Shown here piece after piece: positions 1 through 10,445 of a stretch of DNA of 64,000 bases. The stretch lies in contig CAVVMW010000021.1 of NCBI GenBank assembly GCA_963749495.1, forward strand, positions 32,001-96,000. Direction: 5' to 3'. Both the position numbers and the translations under genes were made by a program. How positions within the stretch are numbered: the stretch's first letter is position 1; each line of letters opens with the position of its first letter. The notes under the pieces were generated by a model, which was not told where the DNA came from, searched no databases, and worked only from the letters and a program-made list of their open reading frames with translations. Source of the DNA: an uncultured bacterium. Lineage in GTDB: Bacteria; Verrucomicrobiota; Verrucomicrobiia; Limisphaerales; UBA8199.

Positions 1-2699
1 TGAGGGCGTGGTCCGGGACGACCAGGAAGCCGTGTCCGGCCGGTTTGAGCGCAAAGTCACCCACCAGGTAGGCCGGTTCCAACTCATGGAACATCGTGAA
101 GGGCGCGGCCTTGATGGTGAGGACGTTTTCGCCGGCGCGCGCCACAGAGGCCAGGTCGAGCTTGCCGAACGATTTGTCGAGCCACCAGGCGCCGGGTTTG
201 GCCGTCACGGGCCGGCCGTTGCAGGCGATGGTGTAGAGGTCCGGGCGCTCGACGATGATGGCCAGGCCGAGGGGCGGCGCGTCCTGGAGTTGGAACCGGT
301 AGCTGGCCTCGAAACCGCTGCCTGGGGGGAAGGTCTTCGAAATCAGGCTCGTCTTTGAACTGGACGGCGCTGTCCCAGGGATCACGTTCCATTCCGTTTT
401 TCTGCCAGGCGAACTGGTTGGCTTGGTAGAAGTAGAGGTTGCTCCGGGTCTCACCGCCGGCGGTGACGTCCACGTAATCCAGCGTGAGGACGTTGTTGGC
501 GAGGCGGCGGATTTCGGGCGCGCCCGCAGCCTCGATGACCGCGGCGATTTGCGCTGTTGGCCGGGCGCGGGGCAGCGGTTTGCGTGAGAGGAAGAGCAAC
601 AGGCTGCCGGAGGGGGGCAGGTTGAAGCCGGCCTGGAGGCCGGGAGCGCCCGCTGTGACGGGGTATGGCTGGGCCTCGCCGGTGTAAAGGTTCCAGGCCT
701 GGACGCCCTTGAGGCCGGAGTGGATCGTTCCGGTCGAGGGCGATTCGATGCTCGAGTTCACCAGGAACAGGATCTCGCCGTCCTCGATCCGGCGGCGGTG
801 ATGGAAGAGGATGCCGCGGTCGCCGGGTGCGCGGTCGATAGCGAAGCCGGGCGTGCTGAGTTCGTTGGGCAAGGCGGCGGCCTGGATTCTCCGCCAGCGG
901 GCCGACTTTGCCAGTGCGGGGCCTGCCGGTGAGGGGCCGCCATCGAGCCTGTCCGGCGGCTCTCCGCAGCAGAGCACGGCGCCGCCCGCTTGCTCGAACC
1001 CGGCCAACAGTTGGGCGGTCTTCGAATCCAGATTCTCGGTCCCGGCCGGCAGGACCACTGTCCGGTAATGGCGCTGGCCGACTTTCAACCCGGCAGCGTC
1101 CACCGAGCCATTGCGGGCCAGCACGTCCTCGCAGCCGATGTCGTACTCGACCTGCGCGGCCTCCAGGGCCATGACCAATTTGAAGAAGCCCTGGCCCAGT
1201 TCGTCGAGCTTGGCTCCCGCGCCCTGGTACATCCAGGCGGTGGTGGTGGGCTCCAGGACCAGGACCTCGTTGACCTGCTCGCCCTGGGAAAGGGCCGCCG
1301 AGAGCCGCGCCAAATACTGGGCCGAGACATGATAGGCCTCCCACCAGGGCTCGTGATACGAGAAGGACTGCGGGTGGTCCCGCTTGCGGGCGCCGCGAAT
1401 GGTGACGTAGGAAAGATGCTGGTTGAGGGTGTTGACGCCCAGCACCTCCAGCCAGTCGCCAATGCGTTTCATGTCCTCGAAGCGCAGGTCCCAGCCCCCG
1501 GCGCCATAGACCTCGCACAAGGTCCGCTCCCGGCCCAGTTGGTTGGCGATGCTGGACAGTTCGCGGACCATCCGGGCATTGCCGAATTGGGCGTGGGTGT
1601 TCTCGGCGTATTGGTTCATGAGGCAATCGATGGCCGGGCGTTGGTGCCAGGCATACATGGACATGTTGTCGGGCACCGCCCCGCAGTTGGGCCATTCGTG
1701 GTCCCAGTAATGGCCCGTCCAGGCCAGGTGGTTGGTCGCGCAGTAATCGTGGTAGGGCTTGGACCAATGCGCGATGAACTGCTCGTTGAGGACCGCGTAG
1801 TAGTTGTGGCGGACCTTCCGCCAGTCGCCCACGGGATGGGCCAGGCTGGGCAGGTGCTCGATAAGGCTGTAGCCCCACCGCTTCTGGAACTCAGCGGCCA
1901 GGACCTCGCTCCAGGCAAAACTGCCCGCCGGCCTGATGTTCGGCTCATCGGTGAAGACCCCCGGGATGCGGCGTCCGAACTGGGCTCCGACTTCGCGCCG
2001 ATAGGCCTCCAGGGTCACCTCAAGGAATTTCTCCGTGACGCCGGGCGAGAGCAGGTTCACGTAGCACCGGTTGCCGTGCCAGGGCGAGTTGCCGGCGCGG
2101 ACCTCCGTGGCGGCCAGGTAGCGTCCGTCGGGCAGGGCTTCCCCCGCCTTGACCTTGCCGCTCACGTCCTCAGACCGGTCCCCCTCCAACAGATAAACGC
2201 CAACCAGGTTGTCGGACCAGGCGGGGGCCTTCTTGGCCTCGCGGAAGACCAGGCCGCGCCCGCGCGATTCCGGCATTTGCTCCGGCACCCAGCCGCCGGC
2301 GAATCCCGAGGGGTACGAGTTCTCATCGTAAATCCAAACGTTCATGTCCAACCGCTCCGCCTCGTCCAGCGCCGCTTTCCATAGCCGGAACCAATCTGCC
2401 GACAGATACGGCGTCATCAACCCGGGCCGCGGGTGTACCCACACCTGCTTGACCTTCTGGCCCGCCAGGTCCCGCAGCGTCTGGCGCACCTGCTCCTCCG
2501 TCAGCAGGTCGTTCCACACCCAGAGCGGCCCAGTGCTGTATTGGCGCGGCGGGTCCCGGAAGAGGGCCTTGACCTTGGTGGAATCAATCGCGCCGCAGTG
2601 CCGCGCCGCGCCCAAAGCCCCGGCGACAACCACAACGGTGAGGAGGCGGTTAAACCACCGATTCGCAACGCACAATCCGAACGTAGGGCGAGATTTCAT
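1..2699 (-). CDS. Secreted glycoside hydrolase, GH106 (alpha-L-rhamnosidase)-like; +1 frameshift near 347; continues past window start
   Basis: Signal peptide, then PLWVWN..HPRPGL..WIYDENSYPSGFAGG and FTDEP motifs typical of GH106-like enzymes. After FKDE an extra C (GAG C CTG) shifts the frame; the shifted frame reads LISKTFPPGSGFEASYRF...WWLDKSFGK...HELEPAYLVGDF and stays open to position 1. Confidence 0.75.
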
Positions 2700-2799
2700 T
2701 GCTGTATGACTTGGGGCGATTCTGCCAGAGGAACCTTGTGGTGATCAAGCCGGTTCCGTCACCGCGTAGCGGGCTGGGCGTACGACACAATTCTTCGGG

Positions 2800-3145
2800 G
2801 ACACGATGGAACCGGCGGTGCCTGCTCTGGACGCCAACCGCGTCGCTCATACCAGCCCAGGGCATACGCCCTGGGTAGAACCGCCAATAATCATCTGGAG
2901 CGCTGAAAGCGCGATTCATCCTTGGTCCGGCCCTGCGCCACAACAGGAGCAATCCGCCTCGATCCCATACATAAGGGAACCTATTCGATTGGATTTGGCC
3001 GAACGAACTCCGGGAACTCTATGAGGCAGGCCGTTGGTCTGCAACAGAATGGAGCATGTGCGGTGGACCCAGGGCGGCGGCCCGCCTGCGCTGCGCTCCG
3101 GCGGGCCTTGCCCTGGGCTGGTGTGATTCAGGCCTTCGGCCTGAG
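2800..3145. repeat. Degenerate REP-like palindrome cluster
   Basis: AGCCCAGGGCATACGCCCTGGG, GCGCTGAAAGCGC and GCCCTGGGCT..AGGCCTTCGGCCT palindromes in an intergenic gap. Confidence 0.45.
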
Positions 3146-3246
3146 CGCCAGTGTGCCAACCCCGGGCCTGGCATCAGGGGGAGGACCAAGCGGTGGATAT
3201 CCAGCCCCGGCATCGCTCCGGTCACGTCCCGGTGCTGCCGGCCTCT

Positions 3247-4062
3247 TCACCACGGTCCGGGGCCCAGTTCGGCAGGGCGGTAATAGACCGTCCAGGCCTC
3301 GTCGGCGGAGCCAATATTGATGAAGGATTTGAGCTTGGCAAAGTTGAAGCGGCGCCACTCGACATGGGCGTCTTCGTAAAGAAAATTGGCGCCAATGGGG
3401 ACGTTGCCGATGCCGTGGTGGTTTGAGGTGGGGACGGTAATGTTGGCGCCGTTAACCGTGTCGCTGTCGAGCCAAGTGCCGCTCAGGGATTGCATCTTGT
3501 CAATGACGATGGGCGCCCGGCGGTAGCCCTCGCCGAGCCGTTTGCGGCTGTGCCAGCCCTCCAAGCCGTTGGAGTTGTAAGTCCACCCGGACTTGACGTT
3601 CCGGAACGGCAGATAGACGTAGCCGATCAAGTTGGAATTGACCACGCTCGAACTTTCGAACAACCGGTGCCATTCGTCAGTGGGGCAATAGATGACATCG
3701 TTGATCGTGCGCTGGCCGGTGGTGGCGGCGTTGCCGGGACGGTTGCGGTAAAGATAAACCGGGTAGAAAACGTTATTGAAACTATCAGCCATCCAGGACA
3801 AATCCTGGGCGCCCGTCCCCGTGTTGTCCGGAAAGGAATTCCCGTTATCGTTGGAATAGAGCGAGATGGCCACACCCCATTGCTTGAGGTTGCTGGCGCA
3901 CTGGGCGCGGACGGCCTTCTCCTTGGCCTTGCTCAAGGCAGGCAGCAGCATCGCCGCCAGGATGGCGATGATGGCGATGACCACCAACAGTTCGATGAGT
4001 GTAAAGCCGGCTGCCTTGGCGAAGGGGCGCCGCACAGAGATGCTCCTCTCCAGGTTCTTCAT
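3247..4062 (-). CDS. Prepilin-type N-terminal cleavage/methylation domain protein (DUF1559-like)
   Basis: [37 protein letters not shown]-terminal [15 protein letters not shown] (H-X9-DG-like). Confidence 0.9.
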   Translation of the reverse strand: MKNLERSISVRRPFAKAAGFTLIELLVVIAIIAILAAMLLPALSKAKEKAVRAQCASNLKQWGVAISLYSNDNGNSFPDNTGTGAQDLSWMADSFNNVFYPVYLYRNRPGNAATTGQRTINDVIYCPTDEWHRLFESSSVVNSNLIGYVYLPFRNVKSGWTYNSNGLEGWHSRKRLGEGYRRAPIVIDKMQSLSGTWLDSDTVNGANITVPTSNHHGIGNVPIGANFLYEDAHVEWRRFNFAKLKSFINIGSADEAWTVYYRPAELGPGPW

Positions 4063-4134
4063 GATGCGAGGCACCATAACGGATCGCCCGGCCGATGGCA
4101 ACCGTTATGTGATGCCTCAGTGAAGGCGGAGAGC

Positions 4135-4265
4135 GGAACCGGAAGGGCATCGCCCGACGCAACGCGTTTTGGACTGCGGCAGTCCTCTGCCGCTTTTTGG
4201 ACCCTGGCGACACAAAAGCGCCAGAGGACTGGCGCAGTCCAAAACCTCCGGGCTTGGGTTCATGG
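4135..4265. repeat. REP/MITE-like palindrome family A (TTTTGGACTGCGGCAGTCCTCTG...CAGAGGACTGGCGCAGTCCAAAA)
   Basis: Long imperfect hairpin 4166-4245. Near-identical inverted copy, including flanks, at 62964-63100; further copies at 6594-6673 and 25375-25399. Confidence 0.85.
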
Positions 4266-4391
4266 CGAAGAATGTGCTTGCCCTGTCGCTCCCGCCTCCA
4301 CTGAGGCCGTACTGCGCCCCGCAAAAAGAGGTTGAATCGGGCTGCGCTTTGGCCTAAAACACGACAAAGCAATGCAGCACATCAGGAAGTT

Positions 4392-5903
4392 ATGAAAAAC
4401 CTCACACGCCGAGACTTTCTCAAGACGGCCGCCCTTGGCGCCGCCGCCATTAGCATGGACGCCCTGACCTGGAGCCGGGCGGCCGGGGCCAACAGCGATA
4501 TCCGTGTCGCCCAGATCGGCTTTCACGGCCAGGGGGAGAGCCATATCAGCAGCTTGACCAAGCTCAAAGGGGTGCGCCTGGTGGCCCTGTGCAACGTGGA
4601 CCGGCACGTGCTCCAGAACAAGGCCCAGAGGCTGGGAGGCGGCATTGCGACCTACACGGACCTGCGCCAGTTGCTCGACAGCAAAGAGGTGGATGCCGTT
4701 TCGATAGCGGTGCCCAATCACTGGCATGCCTTGGCTACGGTGTGGGCCTGCCAGGCCGGCAAGGATGTGTATGTCGAGAAGCCTGCCTGCCACAACCTCT
4801 TCGAGGGCCGCAAGATGGTCGAGGCGGCCCGCAAATACAAACGCATCGTCCAGTGCGGCACCCAGTGCCGCTCCTCGGCCGGGCTGCGCGAGGCGGTGCA
4901 ATACGTCCAGCAGGGCCGCCTGGGCAAGGTGGTCCTGGCGCGCGGCTTCTGCTACAAGACGCGCAAGAGTATCGGCCTGGTGGACGGCCCCCAGCCAGTG
5001 CCCGATTACATCGATTATGAATTGTGGTGCGGCCCAGCCCCGCACGAACCGCCCCGGCGCAAGACCGGTTTCGGCACCGTCCACTATGACTGGCACTGGT
5101 TCTGGAATTACGGCAACGGCGACTACGGCAACCAGGGACCGCACCAGGTGGACATCTGCCGCTGGTTCCTGGGCGAGCAGGCCATCGCCCCGTTCGCCAT
5201 GGCCGTGGGCGGGCGCCTGGGCTACAAGGATTCGGCCGAGACCCCCAACACGCTGGTCGTCTATCAGGGCTACAAGACGCCCATGATCTTCGAGGTGCGC
5301 GGCCTGCCGCAGAACAAAGAGTCCCAGGAAAAGGGCTGGAAGATGGACCAGTTCAAGGGCGTGTCCGTGGGCAACGTCATCGAGTGCGAGCACGGCTACG
5401 TGGTCATCCCGAGCTATACCGAAGCGATCATTTACGGCCTGGACGGCAAGGAGATCACACGCTTCAGCGGCAGGAGGAAGAAGGACGCCGCCCAGGAGGG
5501 GAGCACGCCCACGGGCCTCTCGGCGGAGTCCGGGGGCCACCACGGCAACTGGGTCTCCGCGATTCGCACCCGCAGGAGCAAGGACCTCCACGCCGAAATC
5601 CTCGAAGGCCACCTCTCGGCCGGCCTGGTCCATACGGGCAATATCTCTTACCGGCTCGGGGCCAGGAAGCAACCGGCGGAGATTAAGGAGGCCTTGCAGG
5701 CCGACAAGCCTTTGGCGGAGGCCTTCGACCGGATGGCAGGCCATCTCGAGGCCAACGGCGTGGACATCACCCAGGACAACGTCCAATTGGGCCTGCCGCT
5801 CAAGTTCGACCCCAAGCGCGAACGGTTCGTGGACAACGCCCAGGCCAGCCAACTCGTCTCGCGGCAATACTGCAAGCCCTTCGTGGTGCCGGAGAAAGTG
5901 TAG
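4392..5903 (+). CDS. Gfo/Idh/MocA family oxidoreductase with Tat signal
   Basis: TRRDFLK twin-arginine leader; PNHWH, KDVYVEKP, QCGTQ.RS and W..F..YG.GD.GN.G.H motifs. Confidence 0.92.
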   Translation: MKNLTRRDFLKTAALGAAAISMDALTWSRAAGANSDIRVAQIGFHGQGESHISSLTKLKGVRLVALCNVDRHVLQNKAQRLGGGIATYTDLRQLLDSKEVDAVSIAVPNHWHALATVWACQAGKDVYVEKPACHNLFEGRKMVEAARKYKRIVQCGTQCRSSAGLREAVQYVQQGRLGKVVLARGFCYKTRKSIGLVDGPQPVPDYIDYELWCGPAPHEPPRRKTGFGTVHYDWHWFWNYGNGDYGNQGPHQVDICRWFLGEQAIAPFAMAVGGRLGYKDSAETPNTLVVYQGYKTPMIFEVRGLPQNKESQEKGWKMDQFKGVSVGNVIECEHGYVVIPSYTEAIIYGLDGKEITRFSGRRKKDAAQEGSTPTGLSAESGGHHGNWVSAIRTRRSKDLHAEILEGHLSAGLVHTGNISYRLGARKQPAEIKEALQADKPLAEAFDRMAGHLEANGVDITQDNVQLGLPLKFDPKRERFVDNAQASQLVSRQYCKPFVVPEKV

Positions 5904-5924
5904 TGTTGGGGTGAGGGGCGGCCG

Positions 5925-6066
5925 TACTGCACCGGACTTTGAGTGACTTCGGTATCTTTGTCGCAGCCTTTGTCGGAGCCTTTGTCGAGTTCAGCCGGAT
6001 TTCGACAAAGGTTTCGACAAAGGCTGCGACAAAGGTCGTGAAAGTCATTCAAAGTCCGGTGCAGTA
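5925..6066. mobile_element. MITE-like element: ~25-bp TIRs ending in TA around a 12-mer palindromic core (family B)
   Basis: TACTGCACCGGACTTTGAGTGACTT ... AAGTCATTCAAAGTCCGGTGCAGTA; core (CCTTTGTCG)n...(CGACAAAGG)n. Confidence 0.75.
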
Positions 6067-6102
6067 GGGCTCTGCCGGGGACTCCGTCTCTGCCTTCACC
6101 GG

Positions 6103-6420
6103 TTACGGCAGGGGAGCCGGGGCGGGGGCTTGCCTGAGTTGGACCCAAAAGCGGCTGCCTTTGCCAGGTTCAGACTCCACGCCGACACTGCCGCCCATGC
6201 GTTCGGCAGCCCTCTTGGTGATGGCCAGGCCCATGCCGGTGCCGGGATAGGCCTCGATGGGATGGAGCCGCTGGAACAGGCCGAAGAGCTTGCCCAAGTG
6301 ACGGTGCTCGATGCCGATGCCGTTGTCTTCGACCCAGAGGCGGACAAAGCCCTCGTGCTGCTCCGTCCGCAGGCGGATTCGGGGCTCAGTCCCTGAGCGG
6401 ACGAACTTGCAGGCGTTAGT
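6103..6420 (-). pseudogene. Orphan C-terminal HATPase_c fragment of a sensor histidine kinase
   Basis: TNACKF..WVEDNGIGI..LFGLFQRLH..YPGTGMGLAI..MGG.VGVES.PGKGSRF (N, G1, F, G2 boxes). No start codon or HisKA domain upstream. Confidence 0.8.
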
Positions 6421-6593
6421 CCGGAATGTTGTGTCTTGCAGCGACCAGCCACAGGCTGCGGTACGGTTAAGCCATGGTGGCCGGTCTTTCCATGGGGTGA
6501 TTGACCCAAAAACGCGCCTGCCGACACTGCGCCCGGGAGTGCGCCCATCCCCGGGCTAGCGCGAAATGTGCGCGGTGCCGCGAGGCCCGCAAG

Positions 6594-6673
6594 GTTTTGG
6601 ACTGCGCCAGTCCTCGGGCGCTTTTTGGACCCTGCGGACGCGAAAGCGCCAGAGGACTGGCGCAGTCCAAAAC
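6594..6673. repeat. REP/MITE-like palindrome family A copy (preceded by a partial family C end at ~6522-6556)
   Basis: GTTTTGGACTGCGCCAGTCCTC...GAGGACTGGCGCAGTCCAAAAC. Confidence 0.8.
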
Positions 6674-6817
6674 GCTTCGCGAGTTCGGACGCGCGCTCCT
6701 ATCGCTCGGTTCGGTCGCGCTCGACAAAGATGAGATGCGCCCTGGGGCGCCCGCCGCCAGCGGCGGCTTGCGCCGGAGCGGCGGAAGGTCCAAGCTCAGG
6801 CAGAAAGGCCAACCAGA

Positions 6818-8017
6818 GTGAAGACTCTCATAGCGGACAAGTTTCCGGAAGCCCATCTGGACCGTCTGGCCAGGCTGGGTTGTGAAGTGACCTATAATCC
6901 CGGGGTCAAAGCGGAGGAGTTGCCCAGGCTCATAGGGCCGCACAAGATCCTGCTGGTGCGCAGCAAAGAGGTCAGGGCCGAAACGCTCCGGGCCTCCGAG
7001 CAACTGGCGCTGGTGCTGCGGGCCGGGGCGGGGGTGAACACGATCGATGTGAAGGCGGCCAGCGCGCGGGGGATCTTTGTCAGCAATTGCCCGGGAAAGA
7101 ACTCGGTGGCGGTGGCAGAACTGGTGTTCGGGCTGTTGCTGGCCCTGGACCGGCGCATCCCGGACAACGTCGCGGCCCTGCGCGCCGGCAAGTGGAACAA
7201 GAAGGAGTTTTCAAAGGCGGACGGCCTGTTGGGCAAGACGCTCGGGGTGGTGGGGGTCGGGCAGATTGGGCGCGAGGTGCTCCACCGCGCGCGGGCGTTC
7301 GGGCTGCACACGCTGGCGTGGTCGCGCTCGCTGACCCCGGAGCGGGCGCAGGAGCTCGGCGTGGAGCGGTGCGGGGAGGTGGACGAGGTCTTCCGGCGGG
7401 CGGACATCGTGTCCCTGCACCTGGCGCTCAAGCCGGAGACGCGCAAACTGGTCGATGCGCGCCTCCTGGCCCTCATGAAGCCCAGGGCGATCCTCATCAA
7501 CACTTCTCGGGGCGAAGTGGTGGACCAGGCGGCCTTGGGTGAGGCGCTCCGGGCGGGCAAGCTCCGCGCCGGTTTGGACGTGTTCGACCCGGAGCCGGCC
7601 GAGGGGACGGGTGATTTCAAGGAGCCGATCCTGGCGCTGCCCAATCTCTATGGCACACACCACATCGGGGCCTCGACCGAGCAGGCGCAGGAGGCCATCG
7701 CGGAGGAGGCCCTGCGCGTCATCCAGGCCTTCGTCAAGACCGGCGTGGTCCTCAACTGCGTGAACCTGGCCTCGCGCACGCCCGCTCGCTGTCAGCTCGT
7801 CATCCGTCACTATGACCGCGTCGGGGTGCTCGCGTTCGTCATGGACCAGGTCCGGCGCGCCGGGATCAATATCGAGGAGGTGCAGAACGTCATCTTCGAG
7901 GGCGCCGCTGCTGCCAGTTGCCGCATCCAGTTGGGCGCCGAGCCGGGGCCTGAGTTGCTCGATGCTATCCGGACCGGCAGCGCGGACATCCTGGGAGTGG
8001 AATTGCTGAGGATTTGA
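6818..8017 (+). CDS. serA: D-3-phosphoglycerate dehydrogenase-like 2-hydroxyacid dehydrogenase with C-terminal ACT domain
   Basis: RAGAGVNTID, N..AVAE, G.G.IG, INTSRGEVVD, HIGASTEQAQ; ACT-like tail HYDRVGVLA. Confidence 0.8.
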   Translation: MKTLIADKFPEAHLDRLARLGCEVTYNPGVKAEELPRLIGPHKILLVRSKEVRAETLRASEQLALVLRAGAGVNTIDVKAASARGIFVSNCPGKNSVAVAELVFGLLLALDRRIPDNVAALRAGKWNKKEFSKADGLLGKTLGVVGVGQIGREVLHRARAFGLHTLAWSRSLTPERAQELGVERCGEVDEVFRRADIVSLHLALKPETRKLVDARLLALMKPRAILINTSRGEVVDQAALGEALRAGKLRAGLDVFDPEPAEGTGDFKEPILALPNLYGTHHIGASTEQAQEAIAEEALRVIQAFVKTGVVLNCVNLASRTPARCQLVIRHYDRVGVLAFVMDQVRRAGINIEEVQNVIFEGAAAASCRIQLGAEPGPELLDAIRTGSADILGVELLRI

Positions 8018-8024
8018 ATCAGGC

Positions 8025-8552
8025 ATGAGACGCAAAGTCACTCTGGAGACGCTCCGGCAGTTCATGCGGGAGCTGGCCGAGGCGGCGCGCAGTCCGGGCA
8101 AGATCTATCTGACGGGCGGCGCCACCGCCTTGCTGCTGGGCTTTCGCGACCAGACCATTGACATCGATCTCAAGCTGGACCCCGAGCCCGAGGGCGCCTT
8201 CGAGGCCATTGCCGTGCTCAAACAACGCCTCCACCTCAACGTGGAGCTGGCCTCGCCGGATGATTTCATACCTTGTCCCGGCGACTGGCGGGAGCGCAGC
8301 CGGCACATCGCTTCCTTTGGGCGCGTGCAGTTCTTCCATTACGATTTTTCCCTCCAGGCGCTGGCCAAATTGGAACGGGGCCATGCCCAGGACCTGGAAG
8401 ATGTGGCCAGCCTGGTGCGCGGCGGCTATGTCAGCCCCGAGGAGCTGAGGCGCCGGTTCGCCCAGATCGAGCCCGGCCTGCTGCGCTACCCCGCCATCGA
8501 CCCCCAACAGTTCAGGCACAGGGTGGAGGATTTCCTGACCCACTGCTCATGA
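8025..8552 (+). CDS. DUF6036-like nucleotidyltransferase (AbiEii-like fold)
   Basis: IYLTGGATALLLG.R..TIDIDL, KLERG...D..D motifs. Confidence 0.75.
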   Translation: MRRKVTLETLRQFMRELAEAARSPGKIYLTGGATALLLGFRDQTIDIDLKLDPEPEGAFEAIAVLKQRLHLNVELASPDDFIPCPGDWRERSRHIASFGRVQFFHYDFSLQALAKLERGHAQDLEDVASLVRGGYVSPEELRRRFAQIEPGLLRYPAIDPQQFRHRVEDFLTHCS

Positions 8553-8854
8553 CCACAGGGCCTCGTGAAAACTCGTTGCCCGGCCAGGACCTGGTCCGGC
8601 GCGGCATCGCCGACCTCCGGGCGGGTCGGCAGACCGATCTCTCGCTGCTCGTGCTCATTGCCGCCCCGCGGCTCCGTCGCCTGGGTATCCACGTCCCGGA
8701 GCGGCCCTTCACTCGGCCATACGAGCACCAGCTCTACGCCCGCCTGGACCGGCGCCTCGGCCCGGCGGCGCACTCCTATTACAACAGCCTCATCCGGCGC
8801 GTCGTCAGTTACGCCCGCGCCCTCGAGCGGGAACAAGCCCAAGCGCGGCATTGA
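8549..8854 (+). CDS. Small hypothetical protein translationally coupled to the nucleotidyltransferase
   Basis: ATGA overlap at 8549-8552; 101-aa MTTGPRENSLPG..LVLIAAPRLRRLG..AHSYYNSLIRRVVSYARALE. Confidence 0.75.
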   Translation: MTTGPRENSLPGQDLVRRGIADLRAGRQTDLSLLVLIAAPRLRRLGIHVPERPFTRPYEHQLYARLDRRLGPAAHSYYNSLIRRVVSYARALEREQAQARH

Positions 8855-8861
8855 CTCAGGC

Positions 8862-8971
8862 GGAGTGCGCCCGTCCTCGGGCGCAGCGACGTGCGCAGCC
8901 AGGGCAGCGGTCAAATACTCCGGCGCGCCTGCCCGCTCCGTCGCTGCTGCGCCCGGGGACGGGCGCACTCC
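8862..8971. repeat. REP/MITE-like palindrome family C (GGAGTGCGCCCGTCCCCGGGCGCAGC...GCTGCGCCCGGGGACGGGCGCACTCC)
   Basis: Hairpin with copies at 33921-34030 and 42672-42781; here flanked by a 35-bp direct repeat. Confidence 0.85.
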
Positions 8972-9076
8972 GGGGAGCGGGAACAACCCCCAGCGCGGCA
9001 TTGACTCAGCCGGGCGGAGGATGTAACAACGGGGCCGACGCGCGCGCCGGCGATGGCGCGCAGGCCGATGGCAATC

Positions 9077-10363
9077 ATGAGCACTTCACATTGGACCAGC
9101 CGCAGCCGAGTTCAGGCCGCGCTCAACCATCAACAGCCCGACTGTGTCCCGATGGATTTCAGCGGCACGGCGGTGACGGGCATCCATGTCTCGGCGGTGA
9201 CGCGGTTGCGGCGCCGGTTGCTGGGCGAGCCGGACTACCGGGTGCGGGTGATCGAGCCTTACCAGATGCTGGGCGAACTGGATGACCGGCTGCGCGCCGC
9301 GCTGGGCATCGATGTGATTGGGGTAACCCCGCGCAAGTCCATGTTCGGCACCGAGTCCAAGGACTGGAAGCCCTTCACGCTCTTCGACGGCACCGAGTGC
9401 TTGGTGCCGGGCCAATTCAACGTCACCCGCGCCGAGGACGGCGGCTGGCTCATCTACCCGGAGGGCGACACCAGCGCGCCGCCCCGGGGCCACATGCCGC
9501 AGGGCGGTTATTTCTGCGACACGATCGTTTACCAGGAACCGATCGACGAGGCAAAGCTCGACCCGCAGGACAACCTCGAGGAGTTCGGCCTGCTGAGCGA
9601 GGCCGACCTGGCCTACTTCCGCGACAAAAAGCAGTGGGTGCAGGCCCGCCCCGATTACGGCTGCATCCTGACCATCCCCGGCGCAGGTTTCGGCGACATT
9701 GCCCAGGTCCCTGCCCCCTGGCTCAAGCGTCCCAAGGGCATCCGCGACATCTCGGAGTGGTATGTCTCGACCAAGACGCGCCGCGATTATGTGTACGCCG
9801 TCTTCGAGCGCCAGTGCGCCATTGCCCTCGAAAACACCAAGACCCTCATCGACCTGTTCGGCGGCCTCGTCCAAGCGGCCTGGATTACCGGCACCGATTT
9901 CGGCACGCAGCGCGGGCCGTTCATCTCCTGCCAGGCCTACCGCGACCTGTTCAAGCCGTTTCACAAGCAGATGGCCCAGCTCATCCATCGCCGCTCCAAC
10001 TGGAAGGTCTTCATTCATTCCTGCGGCTCGGTCTTCGCGCTCATCCCCGACTTCATCGAGGCCGGCTTCGACATCCTCAACCCGGTCCAATGCTCCGCCG
10101 CCGAGATGGACGCCGCCCGGCTCAAGCGCGAGTTCGGCAAGGACATCGTGTTTTGGGGCGGGGGCGTGGACACGCAGCAGACGATGCCCTTCGGCACGCC
10201 GGAGCAGGTTTATCGCCAGGTGCGCGAGCGAATCGGGCTCTTCAATGCAGGCGGCGGTTTTGTTTTCAACTCCGTCCACAATCTCCAGGGCAACACCCCG
10301 CTGGAGAACCTCGAGGCACTCTTCCGGGCGGTGCGGGAGGAAAAGCTAAAGGCTAAAGGCTAA
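9077..10363 (+). CDS. Uroporphyrinogen decarboxylase (URO-D)/MtaA-CmuA methyltransferase family protein
   Basis: R.RV..ALNHQQPD.VP.D, GTDFGTQ, HSCG, GFDILNPVQ, FWGGGVDTQ, GGGFVF..VHN.Q. Confidence 0.9.
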   Translation: MSTSHWTSRSRVQAALNHQQPDCVPMDFSGTAVTGIHVSAVTRLRRRLLGEPDYRVRVIEPYQMLGELDDRLRAALGIDVIGVTPRKSMFGTESKDWKPFTLFDGTECLVPGQFNVTRAEDGGWLIYPEGDTSAPPRGHMPQGGYFCDTIVYQEPIDEAKLDPQDNLEEFGLLSEADLAYFRDKKQWVQARPDYGCILTIPGAGFGDIAQVPAPWLKRPKGIRDISEWYVSTKTRRDYVYAVFERQCAIALENTKTLIDLFGGLVQAAWITGTDFGTQRGPFISCQAYRDLFKPFHKQMAQLIHRRSNWKVFIHSCGSVFALIPDFIEAGFDILNPVQCSAAEMDAARLKREFGKDIVFWGGGVDTQQTMPFGTPEQVYRQVRERIGLFNAGGGFVFNSVHNLQGNTPLENLEALFRAVREEKLKAKG

Positions 10364-10445
10364 AGGCTAAAGTGCGGAAGGGAGGGCGGACCTCAAAGGG
10401 GTATTCTCAATCGTCCCTTTCCGCACTCTAGCCTTTAGCCTTTTT
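10342..10445. terminator. Bidirectional hairpin built from (GGCTAAA)n/(TTTAGCC)n heptamer arrays between convergent genes
   Basis: GGCTAAAGGCTAAAGTGCGGAAGGGA pairs with TCCCTTTCCGCACTCTAGCCTTTAGCC, followed by a T run. Confidence 0.6.
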
